A DNA stretch of 64,000 nucleotides from Candidatus Heimdallarchaeota archaeon (GTDB lineage: Archaea; Asgardarchaeota; Heimdallarchaeia; Heimdallarchaeales; Heimdallarchaeaceae), in assembly GCA_030603365.1 (NCBI GenBank), contig JAUVXV010000004.1:96001-160000 (forward strand), written 5' to 3'. The notes beneath the pieces are model-generated. The model was not told where the DNA came from. It worked only from the letters and a program-made list of their open reading frames with translations, and did no database searches. Positions 19,166-28,877 of this stretch are shown piece after piece (the first letter of the stretch is position 1; each line of letters opens with the position of its first letter). Position numbers and translations under genes: made by a program.

Positions 19166-19792
19166 TTAAGTTGTTTTTCTTGTGGATAGTTTCAGAAGCA
19201 CTACACATGCTATACTACAGATTAAAGAAGAATAAAAACTAGTTCGAAATCCCCAGCTTCCGTCTACTACTGCTACTGTAGCTACAATCGCAAGAATAAT
19301 ACCAGAGATAACTGTTATACCAAGTGTAACAAGGCTTACGATGAATCCTTTTTTTACCATTTTCGGCATTGTTTCAATTGTTCCTCTAAGAGCTTGAACT
19401 GCTGTGAAACCCACACCAAGAAAACCTAAACACATCAAGATTATCGCTATTTGAGGAGCTGGAGCGTATTCAGGAGAAGAGATAGTAATAAATCCTTCAT
19501 CCCAGTATATCCCATAAGTGTACCACAAATACGAATCAAACCAATACCATTCAGCTAAAGGCGTTGCAAGTAGAAGAATTACCGAAAGAGCGCTTAAGCC
19601 GATAGTGCTGATGAAGAAGTATTTCTGATATTTCACATCTGAAGGAGGAACTGATTTATGTTGAGCGGGAGTTGATGATTCTAGCTTTTGAGTAAGATTT
19701 TTCATAATTTCCTTACCACAAGAAACACAAAAATTGGATGCTCCTTCTTGTTTTGCACCACAATGTTGACATATAACTGCATTTTGTGACAT
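19166..19792 (-). CDS. Zinc-ribbon domain four-TM membrane protein
   Basis: CQHCG...FCVSCG at the N-terminus followed by four hydrophobic segments. Confidence 0.8.
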   Translation of the reverse strand: MSQNAVICQHCGAKQEGASNFCVSCGKEIMKNLTQKLESSTPAQHKSVPPSDVKYQKYFFISTIGLSALSVILLLATPLAEWYWFDSYLWYTYGIYWDEGFITISSPEYAPAPQIAIILMCLGFLGVGFTAVQALRGTIETMPKMVKKGFIVSLVTLGITVISGIILAIVATVAVVDGSWGFRTSFYSSLICSIACVVLLKLSTRKTT

Positions 19793-19860
19793 AGACCAAT
19801 TTTGTTGTTTACATATTTATACTTTTGTAGAAATTGAAAAAAAAGAAAGATTGTGGGTAA

Positions 19861-20799
19861 TCAGCCCATTAAATTCTTTAGAACAGCCATCACTGTATGT
19901 AATCTGTTTTCTGCTTCATCAAACACAATGCTATGTTCGCTTTCAAAAACCTCTTCTGTAGCTTCTTTATGTTTGTAAGGTAAGCAATGCATGAAAACAT
20001 AATCAGATTTTGCATTAGAACAAAGTTCTTCAGTAATTATATAATCCTTGAAAGCTGCTAATTTGGCTTTTTCTTGATCTTCTTCACCCATAGAGATAAA
20101 AGTGTCAGTTACAACAATGTCAGCATCTGTAACAGCTGATACAGAATTATTAGTAATAACAATCTTTGCTCCTGTTTCTTCTGCAAATTCTTCTGCAAGT
20201 GCAACGATGTCGCTAGATGGTTCATAACCCTTAGGTGTAGCAACAGACATATCCATACCCATCTTAGCACATCCAATCAATAATGAATTACAGACATTGT
20301 TTCCATCACCAACCCAGGTTAGTTTTAATCCTGCAAGCCGACCTTTATGTTCTTCAATAGTTAGTAAATCAGCTAGAATTTGTAGTGGATGATATTTGTC
20401 AGATAACGCATTGATTATGGGAATCTTAGAATATTTTACTAGTTCCTCAACATCTTCATGGGCATAGACTCTGGCTAAGACACCATCAACCATTCGAGAA
20501 AGGACGCGGGAAGTATCTTTGATTGTTTCTCCACTACCTAGTTGGATATCTGCAGAACTTAGAAACAGAGCATGACCACCTAAGTAATACATTGCTACCT
20601 CAGTTGAGACACGAGTACGAGTTGATCGTTTTTGGAAAATCATTCCAAGTGTTAATCCCTCAAGAGGTAATTCAGTTCTGTTAAAAGCTTTGAATTTAGC
20701 TTTCAAGCGTTTAGATTCGTCAAGAAGAAAACGTATTTCTTCTGCTGTATAATCTACCAAGGATAAAAGTGATCTACCTTTTAAATCCATTTTACTCAC
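19861..20799 (-). CDS. argF: Ornithine carbamoyltransferase
   Basis: FQKRSTRT, HPLQILAD, GDGNNV, SMG, HCLP, EAENRLH. Confidence 0.96.
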   Translation of the reverse strand: MSKMDLKGRSLLSLVDYTAEEIRFLLDESKRLKAKFKAFNRTELPLEGLTLGMIFQKRSTRTRVSTEVAMYYLGGHALFLSSADIQLGSGETIKDTSRVLSRMVDGVLARVYAHEDVEELVKYSKIPIINALSDKYHPLQILADLLTIEEHKGRLAGLKLTWVGDGNNVCNSLLIGCAKMGMDMSVATPKGYEPSSDIVALAEEFAEETGAKIVITNNSVSAVTDADIVVTDTFISMGEEDQEKAKLAAFKDYIITEELCSNAKSDYVFMHCLPYKHKEATEEVFESEHSIVFDEAENRLHTVMAVLKNLMG

Positions 20800-20981
20800 T
20801 GGGTCAAAGGAATAAAGAAAATATAAAAAATGTTCGATATGACTTGCTGCTTCCTCTTTCTCTCTTTCTGATTCATTACAACATAAGAATAGATAAAGAA
20901 ATTAATAACTTCTCAATCGAAAAAAAAGTTGATATTACATAGAATTCTTAAATTAGTAAAAATAAGGTATTGTTGAGAAAA

Positions 20982-21374
20982 ATGGTTGATTATAAACGAT
21001 TTATTATTTCAATTGTGACAGGTGCAGTTCTTGGAGTAGCCTGTATTATAGGTGTAGGACTAAGAGTTCCTGGAGGGTATGCAGACAATATAGGGTATCT
21101 GATAGGAATATGGGCAATGAGAGTTGTTCTAGGTATCATAATAGGTTTAGCTGGAGGAATCATTCTTATCAAAGGTGAAGGATGGGAAAAATGGGTAAAT
21201 GCCGGATTAAGAGGAACATTATTTGGTATAATAGTATCAGCAGCAGTACTACTAATGGATCAATATGTTGGCTATTCTACATTTGTAGCAGGAATAGCAT
21301 ATGGAACTATAATAGATTTAGTGGCTACATTCTTCACAAAGAAAAAGAAAGAAGAAAAAATAGAAAAAGATTAG
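20982..21374 (+). CDS. Small four-TM membrane protein
   Basis: GAVLGVACIIG...GIAYGTIID hydrophobic segments with basic C-terminal tail. Confidence 0.75.
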   Translation: MVDYKRFIISIVTGAVLGVACIIGVGLRVPGGYADNIGYLIGIWAMRVVLGIIIGLAGGIILIKGEGWEKWVNAGLRGTLFGIIVSAAVLLMDQYVGYSTFVAGIAYGTIIDLVATFFTKKKKEEKIEKD

Positions 21375-21406
21375 AAATCCATTGTATTCTTTCTGAAAAA
21401 TGAGAG

Positions 21407-22471
21407 TTAGATGGGTGTTCCTTTCCACCAATTCCTCTTCTTTAGAAATTTGGCGAGATAAACCAAACCAACCATAATTGGTATCTCCCAGAATAAGCCC
21501 ATTGTTGTACCTAATGCTGCTACTGAACCAGTTCCATATATGGCAATAGCAGTTGCAATAGCAATTTCAAAATGACTAGATGATCCAATAATTACAGTAA
21601 TTACACCTTCTTTGTAAGCTAAATTTGTGAATCTTGTAATCAATAAATTATAACCTACTACGATAAGAAAACCCAATAAAAGTGGTACCGATACTAGTAA
21701 GAGCAGATTAAAATTAGTTATCATCACATTTCCATTCAATGAAAACAGTACAATAAGAGTTGTCAACAAAGCTAGTATTGATATTTTACCAACAATTGGG
21801 ATGTATTTACTCTTAAACCATTCTTCACCTTTTGCTCTTATAATTAGTGTTTTACTTATTACACCTAATATAAGTGGAATTCCAATAAAAACTGCTACTG
21901 AAATTATGAGTGATATAATATCTATGGAGATATTAGAAATTCCAGATAGTAATACAACCATAGGGGCATATCCAATAATAATAGTAACAGTATTGAGACT
22001 TGTAGTGATCACATTTTGTTCTTGATTTCCATCAGCTAAATAACCCCAAATCAGAACCATAGCTGTGCAAGGACTAGAGGCTAAGAGAATTATTGCAAAC
22101 ATTAATTGTTCATTTCCAGGAAGGAATAATCGAGCAAGTCCCCATCCTACAAAAGGTGCTATTATCCAATTTGATATTAAAGTTAGAATAATTGGTTTAG
22201 GATTTTTTGCTAATTTCTTTAATTCTGAAGCTTTAAGGTTCAGCATTGCAGGATACATCATAAAAAAAAGACATATTCCAATTGGTATTGATATCCCCCT
22301 AACTTGCCAATTATCAATCGTTTCAGCAATACTTGGTGCATAGAGTGAAAGTAAGATACCTACACCCATACAGATTACAATCCAAATAGGTAATAATTTT
22401 TCAAATAAACTAAGCCCTTCTTTCGTTTTAGTGACATCCTCAATTTGACTTGTTTCGACAGTACCACCCAA
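21407..22471 (-). CDS. acr3: Arsenite efflux transporter Acr3
   Basis: MMYP, NWIIAPF, PCTAMV, SHFEIAIATAI motifs. Confidence 0.93.
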   Translation of the reverse strand: MGGTVETSQIEDVTKTKEGLSLFEKLLPIWIVICMGVGILLSLYAPSIAETIDNWQVRGISIPIGICLFFMMYPAMLNLKASELKKLAKNPKPIILTLISNWIIAPFVGWGLARLFLPGNEQLMFAIILLASSPCTAMVLIWGYLADGNQEQNVITTSLNTVTIIIGYAPMVVLLSGISNISIDIISLIISVAVFIGIPLILGVISKTLIIRAKGEEWFKSKYIPIVGKISILALLTTLIVLFSLNGNVMITNFNLLLLVSVPLLLGFLIVVGYNLLITRFTNLAYKEGVITVIIGSSSHFEIAIATAIAIYGTGSVAALGTTMGLFWEIPIMVGLVYLAKFLKKRNWWKGTPI

Positions 22472-22496
22472 TTCTTTTCACAACCGAAAAATTTAT

Positions 22497-22541
22497 TACA
22501 TATCAAAAATATCTGTTTCATATAAATAATTTTTGATGTAT
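22497..22541. promoter_or_regulatory. Putative ArsR operator between divergent acr3 and arsR
   Basis: Inverted repeat ATCAAAAAT (22502-22510) / ATTTTTGAT (22529-22537) with ArsR-like ATCAA and TTGAT half-sites. Confidence 0.5.
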
Positions 22542-22589
22542 AATTAATTATAAATAATTTATAAATATAGTTAGAGCAATGTGAAATGT

Positions 22590-23012
22590 ATGGACTATAA
22601 TAAAAAAGAAGTGGAAATAATCAAAACACTAGCAAAATGTGAAGATATTGAAGATGCAGAAGTACATTATAATAAATTAACAGAATACAGAAAGAAAATA
22701 CTAGATGAATCAAACCTAGCAAACTTATCAAAGTTCTTGGAAGCTTTTTCTCATGTTGATAGAGTTTTAATTCTTAGAATCTTAATGGAAAAGGATCGAT
22801 GTGTATGTGAATTAGAGGTAATATTAGGAAAAAGTCAATCCAATATATCCTATCACCTTAGAATTCTTGAAAATCTAAATTTGATTAAAGGTTGGAAAAA
22901 GGGTAAATTTACACATTATTCTGTTGTTCAAAAATCCTTAGAATACCTTAGAGATTTATTTAACAATTGGATTAATGATGACATTATCAAAGTTAATCCA
23001 AATCTACTTTAG
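22590..23012 (+). CDS. arsR: ArsR/SmtB family transcriptional regulator
   Basis: RVLIL...CVCEL...SQSNISYHLRIL...KKGKFTHY; divergent from acr3. Confidence 0.92.
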   Translation: MDYNKKEVEIIKTLAKCEDIEDAEVHYNKLTEYRKKILDESNLANLSKFLEAFSHVDRVLILRILMEKDRCVCELEVILGKSQSNISYHLRILENLNLIKGWKKGKFTHYSVVQKSLEYLRDLFNNWINDDIIKVNPNLL

Positions 23013-23103
23013 ATTATTCTAAAACTGAAATAGTTTATTTATCCACTATTTCAAATAGAATAAGAATAGAAGAGAAAAAGAAAGTAGAAATAATAGAAAA
23101 AGA

Positions 23104-24309
23104 TTAGAAGAAGGTTGGTTCACCTTCAAAAACTCTTTTTGGAGGTTCCATCTTCATGGTTTCTTCAGCAGACAATATCTCAATTAGTTCATAATTGGAT
23201 ATACCCAGACCCATCTTCTCAGCGAAAACAACTGTTTCATATGGATCTTTATACGGACCATGGACACGTGTGAAAGGATGTAAATCTTCGTCTGGATTAA
23301 GGTTAACATGTTTAAAGTAAGGGGGAATGTTCTTTTCAATTAGACCCTCTTTCTTAATGAGATCGAGTGTTGCGGTTTCAACAGCAACTATGTCTTTGCT
23401 TCCAACAACGCCAATATCATTAACAACTGGAGGTTGGCCTAGACCCATACAATCGCAATAAACCGTGATTTGATTTAGAAAATTTATATACATCACTTTA
23501 GCTGGATTAAAGGTTTCTAGAACTTTTTGTGTTGCTATTGCCATCATTTCGTTAAACGCTGTATAACTTTCTCGAGGTAATTTTACTGCACCTAATCCTC
23601 CATCAACCTGCAAGCAGGTCATACATTGGTGACAATCATGATAATTTCTTCTTAGATTATTTTTCTCTTCGTCATAGCTTAACGCACCATATGGACATGA
23701 TTCTACAAGTTTTTTAGCAAGTTCAGGATTACCCTTAGCTTTATCCCAGTATTTATCAACGCTTGAAGCTCCATGGATTTTTCTCCATCGAGTAGGACCC
23801 GAGTAACCACCTAGAGCTAGGTTTTTGATTGCTCCTCCATAGCCGCAAGCTCCATGTCCTTTAGCATGAGAAACATCTACAAGAACATCTGCGTCTTTTA
23901 GTGCTCCTGCTAATTCTAGATTATCTATCCCTCTATAATTAACTTCAACTGTTGTTGTGTAACCATCTTTTACTCCTGCAATAGGAATGATAGGACACCC
24001 ACAAGTTTCTTGAGTATAACCTCTATTTACGGCATTGTAAACTGAGGTGGGATTGTCGGTAACAAAAGGAAAGCCTCCTCTTTTCTTAATAGCTTCAACA
24101 ATTCTGCGAATAAAGAATACAGGTATTGTTTGGTAACCATCATTGAAGCCTAGATGCATTTTAACAGCTACTTTATCCTTCTTTTCAATAGGAGTTTCAT
24201 CTAACAATAATTCGGTAATTTTGTCTACTTTTGCAGAAAAAGAAGCAAAAGCTGAATTTCTACCATGTTGGACAGAACCAAAGTAAACTTTAGCTTTTTC
24301 TGTAGTCAT
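23104..24309 (-). CDS. DUF362 domain iron-sulfur protein
   Basis: VAVKMHLG, SHAKGH, GGAIKNLALG, CPYGA...CHQCMTC, YCDC, DIGVVGSKDIVAVE. Start set to ATG 24309 (MTTEK). Confidence 0.85.
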   Translation of the reverse strand: MTTEKAKVYFGSVQHGRNSAFASFSAKVDKITELLLDETPIEKKDKVAVKMHLGFNDGYQTIPVFFIRRIVEAIKKRGGFPFVTDNPTSVYNAVNRGYTQETCGCPIIPIAGVKDGYTTTVEVNYRGIDNLELAGALKDADVLVDVSHAKGHGACGYGGAIKNLALGGYSGPTRWRKIHGASSVDKYWDKAKGNPELAKKLVESCPYGALSYDEEKNNLRRNYHDCHQCMTCLQVDGGLGAVKLPRESYTAFNEMMAIATQKVLETFNPAKVMYINFLNQITVYCDCMGLGQPPVVNDIGVVGSKDIVAVETATLDLIKKEGLIEKNIPPYFKHVNLNPDEDLHPFTRVHGPYKDPYETVVFAEKMGLGISNYELIEILSAEETMKMEPPKRVFEGEPTFF

Positions 24310-24404
24310 ATTTTGCGTAAACTTTGAGTTATTAATAAAGGATTTGGATAAAGATTTTACTTGAACGAATACTATTTTAATATAATCTGACTTGATATTA
24401 TAGT

Positions 24405-25277
24405 ATGAACAACGATTCTTGGATAAAGGAAAAAACGTGCTTAATAACTGGGGCAAATGCAGGAATCGGAAAAGCAACAACAAGACAGATTGCGGATTTA
24501 GGTGCGAAAGTTATAATGGTGTGTCGTAATCCAGAGAAGGGAGAAAAAGCTCGACAAGAGATTATTCAAGCAACCAAAAACAAGAATGTCGAGCTTCTGA
24601 TTTGTGATTTAGCATCATTAAAAGATGTAAAACGCTTCGCTGAAGAATTTCTTATTAATCACTCAAATTTGCATGTCTTAGTTAATAATGCAGGAGTTTT
24701 CAGTATGAAGAGAACTACAACCAAAGATGGATATGAAAGTACTTTTGCAGTAAACTACTTAGCTCATTTCTATCTTACTAAACTAATGTCCCCCTTGTTA
24801 AAGAAAAATTCTCCCGCTAGAATTATTAATCTCTCTTCTGACATGCACAAATACTTTAAGATTAAATTGAATGATCCTCTATTAGAGAAAAGATATAGTG
24901 GTCAGCAAGCATATAGTAATTCTAAAACTGCAATGGTCTTGTTTTCTTATAAGTTAGTAAGAGAACTAGAAGGATCTGGAGTATCAGTATATGCAGTAAA
25001 TCCAGGACATGTTAAAACACAATTGACAACAGTTGGTCTACCTAATTGGTATAGGAAAATATCTGATCTAATTCCAAGTCGTCGAACTCCTGAAGAAGGG
25101 GCAGAAGTTTCTGTATATGCTGCCTCCTCAAATAATCTAGAGAAAATAACAGGTAAATATATTACTAAATTTAAAGAGAAAAAGTCAGCAAAGATGACTT
25201 ATGACCTTGCTAAACAAGATTATCTTTGGGAATTGAGTGAGAAATTAGTAGAAGAAGCAATTGAAAAAGAAAATTAA
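24405..25277 (+). CDS. SDR oxidoreductase (retinol dehydrogenase-like)
   Basis: TGANAGIG, CDLASL, NNAG, FAVNYLAHF, YSNSK. Confidence 0.92.
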   Translation: MNNDSWIKEKTCLITGANAGIGKATTRQIADLGAKVIMVCRNPEKGEKARQEIIQATKNKNVELLICDLASLKDVKRFAEEFLINHSNLHVLVNNAGVFSMKRTTTKDGYESTFAVNYLAHFYLTKLMSPLLKKNSPARIINLSSDMHKYFKIKLNDPLLEKRYSGQQAYSNSKTAMVLFSYKLVRELEGSGVSVYAVNPGHVKTQLTTVGLPNWYRKISDLIPSRRTPEEGAEVSVYAASSNNLEKITGKYITKFKEKKSAKMTYDLAKQDYLWELSEKLVEEAIEKEN

Positions 25278-25322
25278 TAAATGTTCATACTGCAATAAAC
25301 AAAAATCAAATAGGTTGTACAA

Positions 25323-26255
25323 ATGCCCAAACCTTACGCTGTAATTAATGAAGAAATAAAAGATGCATTAAAAGGAAAAGCAGGAGAAGAAAGGGCTAGG
25401 GAAATTAAGAGACTATTGAAAGCAATACATTGGGATGTAGGAGATTATAAGAGAATTAAAGATAAACTAAGACGCGAATTAGCAGAAATAGAAACGATGG
25501 AACAAGCTAAGAAAGCTTCTAGAAGTCGTACAAAAACTAAAAAAACCACTCCTCAGTTTTGTATAATTGGATCTACAAATAGCGGAAAAAGTACACTAAT
25601 CAATAATCTAACCGGTACCACAATTCCTGTTGAATCTTATCCATTCACTACAATTGAACCACAATACGGTGCAATGGAGTATGATAATATTAGTTTTCAA
25701 TTTGTTGAAATTCCTGCAATTTATGATGGTTGTTGGAATGGAGATAAATCCACTCTAGGTATGATATATTTTACAGACTGCGTTATGATACTGGGTCGTT
25801 CTCACGAAGACTTTGAATTAGTTCTAAAGGAATTAGCGGGACAGAATATAGAGCTAATAGGAGAAAGAATGAGTGATGGATTTATCCAAACAACACCTAG
25901 GAAGATACCAGCCTTCCTGGTTTTCGATAAAACAGATCCAAATTTACCTCCTTCTCATCTAAAGAAGATTCCTTCGGACAATCTTGAAGAGATAAAACAA
26001 AACATGATAAAAATCATAAAACCTGTACGGCTTTATACAATGAATTCTTTTAATGAGATACAAGAACAACCTGTAGTGTTTTTCAAAGATCAAATTACTG
26101 TTAAAGAAGTTATTCAGAAAGTGTATAAGGGAAAAGAAGAGATTTTCAAAGATGCGGTTATACTGGAAGGGGGACCAAATGGAAGAAGAAAAAGAGTAGG
26201 AATAACTTATGAACTTTCAGACAAAGATGTGATACATCTAACTTTTCACAAATAA
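25323..26255 (+). CDS. DRG/Obg-related GTP-binding protein with C-terminal TGS-like domain (divergent)
   Basis: GSTNSGKST P-loop, YPFTT switch I, RVGITYELSDKDVI TGS end; G3 reads EIPA. Confidence 0.8.
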   Translation: MPKPYAVINEEIKDALKGKAGEERAREIKRLLKAIHWDVGDYKRIKDKLRRELAEIETMEQAKKASRSRTKTKKTTPQFCIIGSTNSGKSTLINNLTGTTIPVESYPFTTIEPQYGAMEYDNISFQFVEIPAIYDGCWNGDKSTLGMIYFTDCVMILGRSHEDFELVLKELAGQNIELIGERMSDGFIQTTPRKIPAFLVFDKTDPNLPPSHLKKIPSDNLEEIKQNMIKIIKPVRLYTMNSFNEIQEQPVVFFKDQITVKEVIQKVYKGKEEIFKDAVILEGGPNGRRKRVGITYELSDKDVIHLTFHK

Positions 26256-26274
26256 AAATAAGAAGGGAGTAAAA

Positions 26275-26832
26275 TTACTCCAGTTTAGAACCACAGCTTT
26301 CACAGAATTTTGAACCTACAGGAGGTCTGTGACCACAATAGGGACAGTAATTAATCTCTCCAGTAGGAAAGATAACTTCAACTTGTTTCTTAGGTAAGGG
26401 TGTTTCAAATTCTGGTGCTGGCTCGTATTTGACTTCTTCACCGAAAATAATTTCTCCTGTTGCACCATCATAACTATATTGAATACCTCTTCTAGTACGA
26501 AGGTCAACAAGAATACGAAGCATGTTCTTTGATTTAATACCAACTTCTTGAGCTAGGTTCTCAACTTTTACTCTTCCTGTACGGTTTAAAGTAGATGAAT
26601 GAACGATATCTCTCATTCTCTTATCCCAATAGAGACTACTAAAACCACCTATGAAACTGAAGAAAGCAGGGATGAAAAGCCAATAACCCCAACTAGCCAA
26701 ACCTATGAAAGAAATGTTATAAGCTCGGAATATTAATGATAAAACACCTACTATTGTGAAAACTATGGCAGTTCCAAAAGCAGACAAGTTTCCTTTATAA
26801 TCTTTTTTCTGATAATATCTATCTTGAGACAT
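26275..26832 (-). CDS. Two-TM membrane protein with winged-helix (PCI-like) and zinc-ribbon domains
   Basis: VKVENLAQEVGI...ILVDL...YSYDGATGEI; C-terminal CPYCG...FCESCG. Confidence 0.72.
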   Translation of the reverse strand: MSQDRYYQKKDYKGNLSAFGTAIVFTIVGVLSLIFRAYNISFIGLASWGYWLFIPAFFSFIGGFSSLYWDKRMRDIVHSSTLNRTGRVKVENLAQEVGIKSKNMLRILVDLRTRRGIQYSYDGATGEIIFGEEVKYEPAPEFETPLPKKQVEVIFPTGEINYCPYCGHRPPVGSKFCESCGSKLE

Positions 26833-26958
26833 AGAATAACCTCAAGTAGGGAGGCTCATGGACTTTATTAAACTTAAGCATTCATTGAGAAATTATGAAG
26901 GGGAAACGAAACAAAAAACTTTTAATGGAACGAAGAACAGAAAAGATAGAATATAGGT

Positions 26959-27081
26959 GCCCAGATAGCTTAGCTGGGAGAGCGCAGGACTGAAGAAGAA
27001 TCTTTCAGAAATCCTGTTGTCGCGTGTTCAAGAAGGTTTCAGATGCGTTCTGTGACATTGAATATCACGCTCTGGGCTCCA
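26959..27081 (+). tRNA. tRNA-Phe(GAA) with two introns: 37/38 (26996-27010) and T-loop 59/60 (27033-27064)
   Basis: Acceptor GCCCAGA/TCTGGGC plus TCCA, anticodon arm CAGGA-CT-GAA-G|A-TCCTG, T arm GCGTG-TTCAAG|T-CACGC. BHB helices are CTGA/TCAG and TTCA/TGAA. Confidence 0.92.
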
Positions 27082-27140
27082 AATATTTTTCTTCTCTAAG
27101 AATTGAAACTTCTTTTCAGTTATTGTTTTTCCGATAAGAT

Positions 27141-28706
27141 TCATTTCCAAAATCTTCTATGTCTTGTTTTAGCAGTTATTGTAATTCCAAGAAATGATAA
27201 TAGAACAATTAGAACACTAAAAAAAGATTCTTCAGTTGGTTCAGCTGTTGTCTCGCTAGTTACTTGGCAATCATAGTTGTAAACAGATGGATAAGGATCT
27301 GTCATATTGTATTTTCCATCTATAGAGTATTCTCCTTCTCCTTCATAATCTGTCCAAAAATTACCTGTGCTTGAATCATCATCATACCACTTGTTATTAT
27401 AGCTATCATCAAAGGCTTGGGAATACCCATCTTCTGTTCCATTTAGATTATTGCAAATGAAGTAGTTATGATGTATGACATTCCAAGTTGAAAGCAAAGT
27501 AGCTATCTTAACTCCATATTTTCTGTTTCTTAGTAGAGTATTATTTACTATTTCTATATATTTTGAATCAACTAGTAAAATTCCTTGACCATTGGATTCG
27601 CATGTGTTATTTCTAATTATTGCATGATGTGTTTCCCAAACTCTCATTCCTATTGTATTGTTCTTACACACATTATCTTCAATTATTGGTGGTGTAAGAG
27701 ATGTAAAAGAACCATAATAAGTGAAGATTCCAGCGTCTTTGTTTTCCGTACATGTGTTATTTGCTACTGTTCCTTTTGAGCATCTAGCTATCCTTATTCC
27801 TGATTCATTATTCTTTGTAAAGAAATTGTCTAGTATCAATGAATCATCCATTTCATTAGAATAAATTCCATCTTGATTATTTTTTGAGCACTCATTCTCA
27901 ATAATCGAGATATTTTGTGACATATTAACTACAATTCCAAAAACACCTCTTGTGCAATAATTGTTCTCTACTCGATTATGTTTTCCCCACCACATGCTTA
28001 TTCCTGAATAGCCATAATCCACTATGACATTTCGTTCAAAAATCGTGTTCTTAACATAGTAAGTGTCTATGCCATCATGATTGAGTTCTAAGGTGTTATC
28101 CATGACCTTAGAATGTTCTGAATAGAGTAACCTGATGCCGTTCCTATTATCATGACAATAGTTCTTTTTAATCTCCAGATACTCCCCTCTATCAGTCGCT
28201 ATTCCATTCCGGTTTCCATAGCATTCATTCTGTCTTAGATAGACCTGACTAGATCCCCAAACGTAAATCCCATCATAGTTGTGATTTATACAAGTATTGT
28301 TTTCTATAATAGCAGTTCCAGAAATAATATCAGTTATTACAATTCCCCAATCTAGAGCTGAAATGAAACAATTAGAAATTGTGAAACTCTTGGTAGTATT
28401 GAAGACATACATCCCAATCCCGAAGGTAGTTGTGATATCATAATTCTCGATTTGATAGGGATCAGATGGAGTTCCCTCCCCTGGAAATCCTTGAGTTATA
28501 AAATCCTCGTCTGATAAAATAATAATACTTTGATGAGGAATTAATTCTGTTTTCATTTTATTCATTTTAGGATAGGAATTTTGATTCAGATTGTCCGTTT
28601 GAGATAACTCTGCTATAACTTCGGAATTCGAAAGACGGATTTTACTAGGGAAGAGAATTAGAAATAAAACACAATAGATAAAGATTGTTTCATACTTCTT
28701 CCACAT
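27141..28706 (-). CDS. Cell-surface right-handed parallel beta-helix (NosD/CASH-like) protein with C-terminal membrane anchor
   Basis: Signal peptide, GTPSDPYQIENY, many GI...N.C..N repeats, GNFWTDY, Thr/Glu linker, TM helix and basic tail. GAGGAG SD before ATG 28706. Confidence 0.88.
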   Translation of the reverse strand: MWKKYETIFIYCVLFLILFPSKIRLSNSEVIAELSQTDNLNQNSYPKMNKMKTELIPHQSIIILSDEDFITQGFPGEGTPSDPYQIENYDITTTFGIGMYVFNTTKSFTISNCFISALDWGIVITDIISGTAIIENNTCINHNYDGIYVWGSSQVYLRQNECYGNRNGIATDRGEYLEIKKNYCHDNRNGIRLLYSEHSKVMDNTLELNHDGIDTYYVKNTIFERNVIVDYGYSGISMWWGKHNRVENNYCTRGVFGIVVNMSQNISIIENECSKNNQDGIYSNEMDDSLILDNFFTKNNESGIRIARCSKGTVANNTCTENKDAGIFTYYGSFTSLTPPIIEDNVCKNNTIGMRVWETHHAIIRNNTCESNGQGILLVDSKYIEIVNNTLLRNRKYGVKIATLLSTWNVIHHNYFICNNLNGTEDGYSQAFDDSYNNKWYDDDSSTGNFWTDYEGEGEYSIDGKYNMTDPYPSVYNYDCQVTSETTAEPTEESFFSVLIVLLSFLGITITAKTRHRRFWK

Positions 28707-28877
28707 TTTCTCTCCTCTTAATAGTTGTTTTCTAAACATATATAAGTCGACTCTTCAAATTATTTACGTGTTTAATTATCCCAAATTTTTTCCTTTATTG
28801 AATCTTTGAAAAATACTCTTTTGCCCTTATCAAGGTACTATTCCTTTTGTGTTTTTAAACCTAAATTTGTTTATTTA

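Noticed and set aside
23104-24483. Long N-terminal extension of the DUF362 ORF
   Set aside because: The extension overlaps the divergent SDR gene and promoter region; ATG 24309 is the plausible start.
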